From NCBI GenBank assembly GCA_037379345.1, contig CM074516.1, forward strand, positions 47,281,626 through 47,345,625: a stretch of DNA of 64,000 nucleotides. Reading direction: 5' to 3'. Below are positions 1-12,400 of this stretch, one piece after another. How positions within the stretch are numbered: position 1 is the first letter of the stretch; each line of letters opens with the position of its first letter. Both the position numbers and the translations under genes were made by a program. This DNA comes from Perna viridis (lineage: Eukaryota). The notes under the pieces were generated by a model. It searched no databases and was not told where the DNA came from. It saw only the letters and a program-made list of their open reading frames with translations.

Positions 1-279
1 TGGTATTTGTTTAACTTGTGTGGTTCCTTGAAGGCATATGTTGGATTATCTTTTTATAACAGTCCTTTTGATCAAGTGATACATGTATGTATTCCTGAAA
101 AGGTCAAATCAACAGTTCATAGATAATTATGTAACAACTGAAATCAACTATAGTGTTTTATAATACCAGATATATGTGCATGTAGCTGACAAATCAAAAC
201 AATTGTCATTTATAAAAACACAATATTCCCTGAGATGTTTACTTGACATTATTTATGGGTATAATTTGGTGTTTTTCAG

Positions 280-1503
280 ACAAGATCTGATAGACAAATT
301 TACCAATGATGACAGTATATTTGTGTTCATGCTGTCTACCAGAGCTGGAGGTATGGGCATCAATCTAACAGCTGCTAGTACTGTTATATTACATGATATA
401 GACTTTAATCCTTACAACGACAAACAGGCTGAAGACAGATGTCACAGAGTGGGACAGACCAAGTAAGTATGGATTGGCTTCAATACTTTTTGTGATCAAC
501 TTTAAAGATTTTAATTATACCCCATGTGAAATGTATATTTTTGACCTGTTGGTCAGTCTGTCCATGAATCTGTTGGTCCTCTTCGTCATGGTAATTCGTC
601 TTAAACAACTGAAACTTGATGTGTAGTAAGGACACAATATTAAGTGGAAATTTCATAATACACTTGATAAGTGGATTGTTATGGCTGTTCATGCATGTGT
701 TACCTTTAGCAAAATTCTGGTTCAGGTCATGAAAATGCTATTAAAAGCATTTCCTGCATTTGACAATTTAGTTGATTTTAACTTAGCCTGTCTCATTCCT
801 CAAGTTTTTCAAATATGCAAATGGTTAACCAGGTGAGCGATTCAGGCTGTCTTGAGCCTCTAGTTGAGGTAAAGTTGGCTGTCACTAAAGTGACATGGCT
901 ATGTTTTATTTTCACTGTGTACATTATCAACACTTACAATTATAGATATGGTTGACTAATTATTTGCTTATTTATCCCAGAGAAGTAAATGTCATCAGAC
1001 TGATTAGTAAGGACACAGTGGAAGAGGCTATGTTACGATGTGCTCAGGAAAAACTCAAACTTGAGAAAGATATTACTACGGATGAAGGTAAGTTCTAAGT
1101 TAACCAATTTAGTACTGCAGTTTTTCTAGGTGTCTGTTTCATGTGTTAGGAAATGCTTGTATTTATCTGTCAAAAGAGTATTTTCATCAATGCTTATTGA
1201 AACAGTTCTCAAGGACCCATTTGTACATATTGATCAAGTGTCAGATTTATACAATTAAAAGAAAATGAACCACTGCCTAATAACTGTTATAAGTAGGTTA
1301 TTGCTTTCTACATTATAATGGTTTCTACAGTTGATGAAAGGGGTATGTTAGACTTGCATCATATTTGACATCATTTTGACACGTAAATGTTTTCAGCCTG
1401 TTAATCTTTTTTATTTTTTTTGCTTTTTACTTTTCTAGGATCTGAATCTGAAAGTGTAAAAGATGTAGCATCTCTACTGAAACAAGCCTTGGCCAATATT
1501 TGA
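280..1503 (+). CDS. SMARCAD1: SMARCAD1 (SNF2-family chromatin remodeller), last three coding exons; gene starts upstream of the window
   Basis: Exons 280-462, 981-1087 and 1439-1503 (stop TGA 1501-1503), GT-AG with matching phases. Helicase-C motifs [46 protein letters not shown], then [42 protein letters not shown], matching the SMARCAD1/Fun30 C-terminus. Candidate AATAAA at 3044. Confidence 0.93.
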
Positions 1504-3796
1504 TGATGGCTGAACTTTAGGCGCCTCATTTTTCATCAATGTAATCTCATTTCTTTATACTGGTATGGATGAAGAGACTGTATACATGTACTTTATAGTT
1601 GTATTATATGTTAAATAGAACTTTGATGTATAGTCTATGATTGTAAGAGTGTTTGAAAGTTTAAGTTGTAGATAGAGGTTGTGTTTTCATTTTGATAAAT
1701 ATTTACATGGCATGACAATTTTTTCAATAGAATGGCCAGGATGGCATTAAATGGAAAAGGCAAGTACATGAGAATTTGATATGTCTTTCATAACTTAACA
1801 TAATTGCATTTGTATTATAAAAGCATTTACAATACTTTAATTAAAAAGATATACATTTACAAGAACATTAAGATGTTTGAATATTATTGATGTATTATAT
1901 GAATGAATGTTGTTTCAAGTGCTAACCATTATTCCATTTTATTGTGGACTTGTTTATCATGTACAGAATGAAATTCTATATTTAATTGATTTTTAAGATA
2001 TTTTGATGTTGTATGTATAGCTAAAGGTATGGTGCTTTTGTTGTTCAGGTAAATACAATGTGATTACATGTATCAGTTTATTAAATTTAAGTGTCTCTAT
2101 CTGTCATGTTTGAGGTATAGTTTCAACTCTATTCAGTTGACATCATGAAATGTGGTACCCATATACATTATCTTATAAATGAAAGAATGATTTTGCTGTT
2201 TAAACATACTGTATGATAACACCGTAGTGGACCATCAACATTAAATTTTCCTTGATATCATGGACATCTTTCATAATGGAATGAAAATGTAGTAGTATAT
2301 TGAATCACCAAAAGATATCCAGGAAATTTGCTTCTTCATCATCTCAGCAAAGTAACTTTTTTCATGTGAATTGAAACTTGTTTCAGCCATAAATCATATC
2401 TGTTAAAGGAACTTGCATATATATGTACCCATTTGGCAAAATGTAGGATTTTACCATTCTCAAAAAATTTATACACTGCCACACCAAATGCCATGGTATA
2501 ATGTTATACCATGCGTAAAGTTTTCTTTCTGTCTGTCTGTCCCCAACTGTTCCCAGATGATAACTTTAGACGATATTAAAGGAACTTTTCAAACTTTATG
2601 TAGTTACTGAGTATCATAAAAAACAGATTAAGTTCTAATTTCAGGTTGATTAGATATAAACTAAGTAGTGACCATTTTAAAGTTGTTTACTCCCTTTCCC
2701 CTATTTTTGTATAATTGTTGTCCAAACTTATTATTGTGAAAAGCTACTACTTAGTTTGTCCCAAACTTAAGTTATCTGAGAATATTCATCTTGAGCTGAA
2801 ATTATATGCAGGAAAAAGGAAAATTTTCGACTTTTTTATAATGAAATAAAACAAAAAATCAAAATAATTGACTTTGTTATTTAATTTCCTTGTAATTTAA
2901 AGTTATGAAATTATGTTCTATTTATAGATTTTACTGTTTACTAATTTGTCCACTGGTTTTCACTAGATGAAATGTTCATTTTGTATATTATAAGTTGTTT
3001 CTGAAGTTCTATGAACATGTGCTATGGTATGAAATTTTTTTTTAATAAATGTTTTGTGAATAGATTTTGTCATTTGTTTACCAAATGTCTTGGAAAATGT
3101 TGGAGTGGTTTTGGAGTGATGTTCAGACACAAACAAAACAAACCCACCATGGCCATTCTAGTAAGGTTGCTTAATCTAGCTATATAGAAAAAGAAACAGA
3201 TGGTGAAATTCAACAAATGCACCATCATACAACCTTTATAAAAATAGTAAATACAGAGAACACCAAAAGATCTTCAATAAATGTAAACACACCTTCAAGA
3301 AAGCTCTGGAAGGCATCATCAACAAAAGTAATAAAATGCACAGTAACAGACCATGACGCTTCTTAAAATAAACTAAAAAATAAAATAATGACATAGACAC
3401 ATTAATGACCAACATCGTCAAGCACTATTACAGACATTACAGTGAAATCATTCATTTGTAACCAAGCATCATGCTGCAAGTGCAGCAGACAACTTGGAAA
3501 TAGTGGACAAACATACGAAATCGACAAATTAGATTAAGACAACAAAAAATCACCATACTGTCACAGAATATATTAAATATATGTTGCCTTTTAAAGTCCC
3601 AGAACTCCTACAAATTTAGTTGAATCAAAATGATGGCGTTGTATGCACATCTACATGTAATAACCATATATACTATGATAAATGGAAAGAATCAAACAAG
3701 CAATTTCAGAGGAGATACATGTACTTCTACAGTCTTAAATTATTGAAAAACATTGAAAATATTCTAAGTGTGATAAATCCTGCAAAATTCATTATA

Positions 3797-3997
3797 CTTT
3801 GAAAGTACTATTGTATGTGGGGTACCAGTTTTCATGGTTTTTGTAGGCCAGCCAAACCATGAAATTTGGTTTCCAACAAAGAAGGAAAATACCATTGATG
3901 TGACTACTGAAAACCTAAAAAATTCAAGAATCCGTGAATTTGTGTTTCTTCCTTAATCAACAAAAATTGGTATCCATGAATTCAAGTACTTTCACAG
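3797..3997. mobile_element. Tc1/mariner-like MITE
   Basis: TA|CTTTGAAAGTACT..GGGGTACCAGTTTT ... AAAATTGGTATCCATGAATTCAAGTACTTTCACAG|TA; a related decayed copy starts near 40686. Confidence 0.7.
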
Positions 3998-5433
3998 TAA
4001 CCAAAATGGTGGTGCACATCTACATTTGCCAGCAATACATCCAACTAAATAAGGAAGTTATCTGCTGCATTGATTCAGAGAATATACATTCGCTTATGTT
4101 GCAGATTACCATGGACCTCCCAAACTTTACAATTTATAATAATAGTAATTATATCAAACAATTACTAGTATTGTAACCGTAAATGAAATTTTAAACACAT
4201 GAGATATTAGTTTTTCACTGTGACCTTGACTATGAAAGAAGCAATCCTTCATATGGTTTACCACTGATAAATACATGACTAGTATCTAATTCGCAACAAC
4301 AAATACTTCCAGTATAACTAGGCATTATAAACATAGCAGGGTCTTTAATTCCAGACAATAAGAAGGCAACAAAGAAGAAATTTCCTTTAAATTTATATTT
4401 CCTTTATTGGAAAGAAAATGGCATTAAAATACATAAAGTTTGTATAAATAAAAATTGCATGTAACTTGTAATAGGGGAAGAAATACTATAATTAAACATG
4501 TGTAAAATGTTATCATTCATTCATTAGTGTTAGTATAGTACTCATCATATACACCATTATCTCAATTTAACATACTAGAACTTTTTCTGAAAGGGTTTAA
4601 TATTATTAAAAATTGAGAATGCAAAAAAAAAACTTGATGTCAATTGCAAGGCACCTTATGAAAATTGTTGGATTGAGTTCTTCTTGTTATTTTTTAATCT
4701 ATCTCATTATAAATATCAAATAAACGCTAACATCAAAACAAAAACCACTTAAAACTCCAGCTAATCACATGAAATATACCTTTTTCATTCCTTTGAATTT
4801 TTCCCCTGTTCACTATCTAAAACATAAAATAAATATTTAAATCATTTCTTTATGACACTGTTCAATTCATACCATGCTTGTATGATAAAAATAACACACT
4901 TACAATCAAAAACTAACAATAACAAATTATAAACAGGGGGAGAGTTCATAATTGTAGCATTTTCTGTCCATAACAGGGGTTTACTTTTTAATCATTTTCT
5001 TAAATTTTGGATCAATTTTAACACCTAGTAACTAGTACAACATATAGAAGTAGAAATATTCCACTCATTTTAAACTCTTTTACTCCCAGCACATCAACAG
5101 TTTGAATTCCTATTTAAAATCAAAACAATGTTATTTCATATTAGATGTTACATACAATGAGTATGCTTCAAAAGTTACCAAGATGAAATAGAATTCAACA
5201 CCACATTGTCTACATACATTTCTACACTGGTTGAGGATAGAATTCCCAAATACCTTTCAATCTGAATTTCTAAGAATTTTACTTTTAATAGATCAAACAA
5301 AGTCTGAGTATCACTGATACATAAATATGTTTAGAAATACTTGTCAGACAAATCAGAACAGATCAGCAGTAGTTAAATGATTGTGACCAGAATGGCTTAT
5401 TATCTGGTCTTAGTACTCACCAATAGATCACAT

Positions 5434-5655
5434 AGAGATAGACTATTCTGTCTGGAGAGATAGACTATTCTGTCTGGAGAGATAGACTATTCTGTCTGGA
5501 GGGATAGACTATTCTGTCTGGAGAGATAGACTACTCTGTCTGGAGAGATAGACTTCTGTCTGGAGGGATAGACTATTCTGTCTGGAGAGATAGACTATTC
5601 TGTCTGGAGGGATAGACTTCTGTCTGGAGGGATAGACTATTCTGTCTAGAGAGAT
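5434..5655. repeat. 22-bp minisatellite, about 10 copies
   Basis: Unit AGAGATAGACTATTCTGTCTGG; two units lack TAT. Confidence 0.95.
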
Positions 5656-8641
5656 AGGATGTTTGTAATAAGGTGGGCTTTGCTCCTTACTTTCTGAAGA
5701 TCTTACATGGTGAAATCTATGATTATCATCCAATTGTAATGAGATTTTGTTAAGCTATCTGAAGACTAATACACCCCTTATAGACAGAAAATTAAGCAAT
5801 TATTTACATACAAATATCACTAATACATTGCTGTATTCTATATTGCAAAGTGAGAAATGGAATGATTAGTGAACACCTGATAACTGTTTCTATATCCCAC
5901 CATCAGAAAACAATATATGGTTTAACAGTCCACATGATATATGACAATCTGGTGAGGAAAATGAACGAGGTGACAACTGACTCATGGATTAATATGTATT
6001 ATTATAACAAAATACTATTCTAATGAATATTCATGAAATTATTATGCATCTTTCTATCTATAATTCACTTCAATCTTACTAATAACTGTTGTACTTATCC
6101 CAATTTTATTAATTGAATTACCATATTTTGGTGTGTATAATGCACATTTATGTATTGTACGCAGTAATCCATACAGGTTTTAACAATATATTAAATCTTA
6201 ATACTAAAGAATCTGCAAGATACAATTATAGATTCAATACTTTTCAAGTGTTGTTTTTAATATCAAATACAAAGACTAAATATGCAATTACTGACAGTGG
6301 ATTGTCAGAATTACTAACAGTGAATTTGTTAGATTTAATAAGTGCAATATAAAAACAGCAGTTCCATACCCCAGATGATAACATAGGGAGACAGTTTGTA
6401 TCATACTCTGTTAATATCTCAGTGATCAAATGGAAATGTGTATGAAGAAATAAATGTGACCATATTCCTACAAAGTTTTGTTTTGCAGTACATAAGCTTT
6501 GAGTATGTATACATGTACATCTAAGCAAATACAAATGGTTAAATAGAACAAAATAAAGAGACACTTGTGCTAACTATGCCATAAGGTTCTTAAATGTGAC
6601 ATTCAATGAGTATTTTAAAGGGAAAAGGTCACCTTCAAATAGAGGCATACTCAAACTACAAAATGAGAACTGACAAATTCCATTTTACATACTTTCTCTT
6701 TCAATGTTTTAACAGATTATAACTGAGGACAAAAGGAATAGTATAAATGCAGCATTGGTTATTCAAAAGCACATCATCAACCGATAGCCATTTTATACAA
6801 CTACTGTAACTTGATAAATGACCTATAATCATATATTGCAGCCACCCATCTAGGATCTTCTGCCTGTAGTGATGGATGTAATGGAAGGAGTCGTATCCTT
6901 AGCAACTAATATATCTTGGTCATAATGTCAGTGATGTAGGAATGAGTTAAACAGGCAGGATCCACTCACATAAAAAGCACCTAAAAATAAATAATGGTTA
7001 AATATAGAATGAAATGATGGGTTGGAAAACATAAATCACTAACAATTCTCATACCTCAAAACTAAGAATATATACAAAAAATGAATAACTTCCTGACTGC
7101 TGGAACCTTAGGAAATAGTTCTTTTCAAGGAAAATCAACAACCCTTACTCAAGTCCATCAGAAACATCCGTCTTTTGAAGTCACATTTCATTTTAAGTTA
7201 TATATATATATGTGTATCAATATCAATATTCATATTTACTCTGAAAATGAAGTGTTTCAAATGTCAGGCTTGTCATTTTTATCTAGTTATATTGCACACA
7301 CGTGATAAAGTAGTATTTGCACAGAATCACATCCATTAACAAAGCTATTCACTGATCGACAAAAAGTAAATCTCACACAACAGAAAATTACAAATAGATT
7401 GCTAATTTACTGCCCCCTTTTCATCATGCATGTAAGTTGCAGTGTGATCAAGGTTGGCTACGAGTTTCCTCCCGTACTATTACTTGACTATACAATAACT
7501 TACCATAACAAAATTCAGATCTTTCTTATATTTATTCTGTACTGTCTTTTCCCTACAAAAATGAGAAAAATAAATTTAACTGAATGGAAAATTTATACTG
7601 GTAACATAATGTTTTGATATGAAATGTCCTTGTATTTAACTGTGTGAAAATCTGAAACTAAAGAACATATGAATAATATCAATTAAAATACATATGTTGC
7701 TTTATATCAATTAAATATAACAGATAATGTCGCAGGTTAAACAAACATAATTCCTACAGAAAAGTACAATATTTATTAAAAGTAACTGTTTGTAGCAATT
7801 TTCATGGGTATGTCATACCAAAAACTAAAATCACTAATTTTACTCTGAAAACTACAATGCTATATATGAAATGCACATAAATTAAAACTTCATAAACTTT
7901 ATATTTTGCTCAACTACAAGATTTGATATTAAATTATTTACAACTGAAAGACCAATCACAGTACATGACATAGTTGTAGTACTATCATATTATACACATA
8001 CTAAGTATCTAAAGAGAAATATCTTGCTAAAATCATTATAAAAAATTTACCTGAAATATTATATAACACTATCAATGGTAAACGTCTGCTAAAACACACT
8101 TGCACATCATATGAATAAAGAAAAGATTAGAAATTGCACAAGTTGATTAATGTTAACTGCTATTATTTTTCATATCAACATCTAATTACTTCTGAGAAAA
8201 CTGGTACATTCAAAACTTCATGAAACTTATCTACACACTTTGAAGGCCCAATGGCATCCAACTGGAAATCTTTTTTTAATCAGGACAAATACTGCACCAT
8301 TCAGACAAACATTCCAGGTTATTATGTTCCATGGTATAACACTACATGCTGAACTGTCGTTATCTAATCTAGATAGAGGTCCAACTTCTGAACATAAAAA
8401 AAAAAACTGGAAACTGAACACTTGCTGTTTAACACCATGCCATTAAATCACTGTATAATTACACAATCCATAACTTTCATTATGGTAAACTGCACTCCAT
8501 GCAACCGTTTTTTTTTTTTTTCTCAATCATAACAAAAACATTACATTTTGTTAATATGCTGGTTGCTAGCTATTTCTTCTATAAATATTAGACAATACTG
8601 ATGTAACTGGATGTTGCACACCATGCAGTCATGCTTTTTAC

Positions 8642-9454
8642 CTAGTTATCCATCACTTCACGTCTACGACGACGTCTCCTCTCTGAAGCTGATTCCTCCT
8701 CTCCAGCTGCCTCAGCTTCTCTTTTAGCTCTCTCCTCACGTCTACGCCTTCTCCTTTCTTCCAAAGACTCAGAGCCTGATGGTTCTTCTTCTGCTTCCTC
8801 CCCTCGTCTCCTCCTTGTCGATGATGATTCTGCTTCAGCTGCCATGGCCTCTTCACGTTCCTTTTTCTCCCTCTCAAGTCTTCTCCTCCTTCTTCTGGCC
8901 TCTAGTGAGTTATCCTCCTCATCCATATCCACAGGCTCTGGTACTGCCTCTTCTACTTTGGGAGACTCCTCAACCTTTTCTTCTTTTGGAGGTTCTTCCT
9001 TTTTTTCCTCCTCTTTAGATTCTTCTTCTTTAGCAGGTTCTTCTACCGTTACTTCTTCCTTTACTGGTTCAACTTTTTCCTCTTGTTTCTCAGGCTCAGC
9101 TTCCTTTTCATCTGGTTTTGCAGTTTCTTCAATTCTGGATTCCTCTATAGATGAATCCTGTACCTTTTCTTCTTCTTTTTGTTTTTCTCCAGCCTTTTCC
9201 TCTATTTTAGATTCTTCAGTTTTTTCCTCAATCTTTTCAGTATCATCTGTCTTAGTTTCCTCTTTTGTATCATCTGATTTTTTCACATCCTCTTCAACTG
9301 TTTCTTCAGTCTTGAGCTCAAACGTAGCTTCTTCCTCAGTGTTTTTATCAACAGTGTCTTCTGCTTTATTGTCTGGTTCATCAATCGTTACATCCGATGA
9401 AATGGTAAATGTTGCAGATTCATCTACTTCATCTTTCTTTTCTTCTGAATCTTT
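8642..9454 (-). CDS. SH3BGR: SH3BGR large acidic/Arg-rich tail exon carrying the stop codon
   Basis: 813-nt open frame (part of ORF 8642..9511) starting after tttcaaag; KDSEEKKDEVDES...RRRRRRREVMDN*. Confidence 0.8.
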   Translation of the reverse strand, partial: KDSEEKKDEVDESATFTISSDVTIDEPDNKAEDTVDKNTEEEATFELKTEETVEEDVKKSDDTKEETKTDDTEKIEEKTEESKIEEKAGEKQKEEEKVQDSSIEESRIEETAKPDEKEAEPEKQEEKVEPVKEEVTVEEPAKEEESKEEEKKEEPPKEEKVEESPKVEEAVPEPVDMDEEDNSLEARRRRRRLEREKKEREEAMAAEAESSSTRRRRGEEAEEEPSGSESLEERRRRRREERAKREAEAAGEEESASERRRRRRREVMDN

Positions 9455-12400
9455 CTTTGAAATTAAGTATAACAATTTAAGAATTTGATAAGGATGTTCC
9501 TTGTTTATCATAGTAAATCGTGAATATTTTAGTGAATATTATGTTCCTTTTACATTGACCAGTTGAATGACTGACCAGATAAAAGTAATTTCAGACAGTG
9601 AAAAACAGAGTAACAAGATTCTGCGAAAGTTCCAAAGTAAATCTTATTTATAAAAGAGAGTTTTTGAAAGGTAAGTAATGAAAGGTGAAAGAACAAGAGA
9701 AAGTGAAAACTATTTCTGATATACTAGTAATTGTTTTAGAACTAATGAAATGAATAGACATGTACATGTATATGTTATTATTGTTTTTCTTTCCATTTGG
9801 GGCATGCTTTTTACAATCACCTATTTTTTTTTCAGTTGAAAGTAAACTTAATAAAACAGACAAGAAGATATACATTATAAAGATATGATCACAATCATAA
9901 TTGGTTAGTAACAGTGGACCTACAATCTATAGAAATAAGATTTTTAAGAATTAGTAACATGTTATTGAGGACGGTGCATTTCTTACACTTACTTCTTCAG
10001 TCTTGGCTTCTTCCTGTAATGCAATACAATTTGTTTTAATATAATATACAACACACTATCAATAAAAACTTATCAATAAAACCAAATATTCCTTTAGACT
10101 AACCTTACATAAGATACATGTACCTATGCCATCGTTATGAACCTATTCATGATATATATTTGCTAATTTTAAATTCTACACAAAAAATGTCTCTATCAAA
10201 CATATACAATATTCATATTCAACAGAATGTTATAAATGCAACAACAAAACAATCAACAATTCTTCCATATTCATAAAACTCAATAGACATATCAGTAATT
10301 ATATGTGATACAGCCTGTGATAATAATCCAATTTCAAGTTTCTGTTGCTTTTCTTTACTGGGAATGACATTAATTAAGTAGATTTTATTTGGAAATTTTT
10401 TCAAGTTTATCCTGAAATGCTTTATTTGCAGTATCTCGGGTCAAAGATTTACATAACAGGCATTCAATCTAAGCTCTTTTCAGATTTTTTTTTACCTTGG
10501 ATTCCTTCTCTTCTTCAACTGGTTTTTCCTAAGTAAGAATATTTACATTGTAAATACATTTAAAAACCAAAAAGAAATAGTAAACAGTTATCTTAAAAAG
10601 AACAAACATGAACATGACAAAACTTAGGAAGATTTTAATCTGACAATTTATATGTATTACTATAGGATTCTAAACCTTATGTGTCTTTATGTGTGTGTAA
10701 ATTTATAGTTTCCTTATAAATCTTTCCAATTAGATTATCCAAATGTAAAAGTATTCAAATAAAAAATTAAATACATTATTTCAAATTTTTCTTTATAAAA
10801 ACATGCAGAATCAAGAGAAGATGCTAACACACACACACACACACACACAATGATCCAGACACACACAAGCAATGATCCAGACACATACACAATGATCCAG
10901 ACACACATGCAATGATCCAGACACACACACACGCAATGATCCAGACACATACACAATAATCCAGACACACACACACACTGATCCAGACACATACACAATA
11001 ATCCAGACACACACACACAATGATCCAGACACATATACAGTGATCCAGACACACATACAATGATCCAGACACGCACACAATGACCCAGACACACACACAA
11101 TGATCCAGACTACTTAATCATTTATAATAACTATACAGGCATAGGTTCATTTGTAAAACGTACTGATACCAACATAAAAATAAAGAATTTAAACCTGCAA
11201 AAATCATGACAAGACAGTTAAATGTTGTACTACAGTAAACAATCTTAACTGAAAAGGTCCACACCATGCTGAGTACATATACTGGATAAGGTTTCTGGAC
11301 ATCTGATCAAAAACTACAGGAACACACACATCTTTCATAAATGGAAAGTTCTTGCCCTATTTATAGATCACACAGCAGTCACTTGTTCCAAAATCAAAGC
11401 ATGCCTTTTTTTTTAGGTTCCAAAAAAAGGTATCCAGAAAGAAAATGTGTCATATCTAGTAACATGCATTAATTGACCACTTCATGAAAACACTCAGAAA
11501 GAAAAAAATGTCATAGGAAATAAAACCCAAGGTAATAAAACCATGCCATCAACCTCAGTGGTAACCTTCTCCTCAGCTTTGTCCTTTTTATCTTCTGGTT
11601 CATCTGTTTTATAATCTTTGGATTCATCTGACTTAACCTCACTTTCTTCCTTTTCGTCAGTTTTTGTACCATCCTTACTATCAATATCATCCTCCTTTTT
11701 GTCATCTTTTTGTTCTATAACTGTTTCATCCTTCTTTTCATCACTTACTTCTTTTTTGTCATCTTCATCTTTCTTCTCGGTCTCATCTTTATTTTCATCA
11801 GTAGTTTCTGTTTTATTTTTCTCATTTTCTTTGTCTTCCTTTTCCTTTTCTTCATCTTGTTTAGCTACATCCTCTATCAACTCTGATTTTTCCTGAGATG
11901 ACAATATTTATGTATTTTCTCCAAATATTTAAAATGAACAGTGATAAAACATGAGAAAACCTGGCCTTTTTGTCTTTCAAATTCATATTTTATTGTAATC
12001 AAATGTGTGAAAAGGTAACAAATTGAACTGAAATCACTATTACGATGGGAGCATATAAAAGGTTTTATTTTTTTATTTGTTGCACAATTTTACTAAAAAT
12101 TATTACCACTAATTATTGGCTTTCATGGAATTGGACTACTTATTAATTGATTGATCAATTATAAATGAGAAGACAAGACTGTAGGGGTTGGGAAGGCAGG
12201 GGGCATGAGCCTTTTGCCCCTTCAGACAAAGAATGACCACTTCACATAAAAAAATTGATTTCCTTTCCAACCACTGAGACTGTTATTACAAATTGCACAT
12301 CTGCTAAATATACTACAATCACACACACAAATATCTTAAATCTAATCAAGTTACTGGTCATTTAAGTCTGACAGGACTCAGATGCAAACAAACAAAAACA

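Noticed and set aside
8779-9488. Ser/Phe-rich + strand ORFs (also 11618-11896, 39505-39855, 40054-40395)
   Set aside because: Antisense shadows of the GAA-rich coding exons of SH3BGR and LCA5.
10735-11100. Three overlapping Cys/Val-rich ORFs
   Set aside because: Translations of the (CA)n-AATGATCCAG minisatellite, open in all frames, with no exon context.
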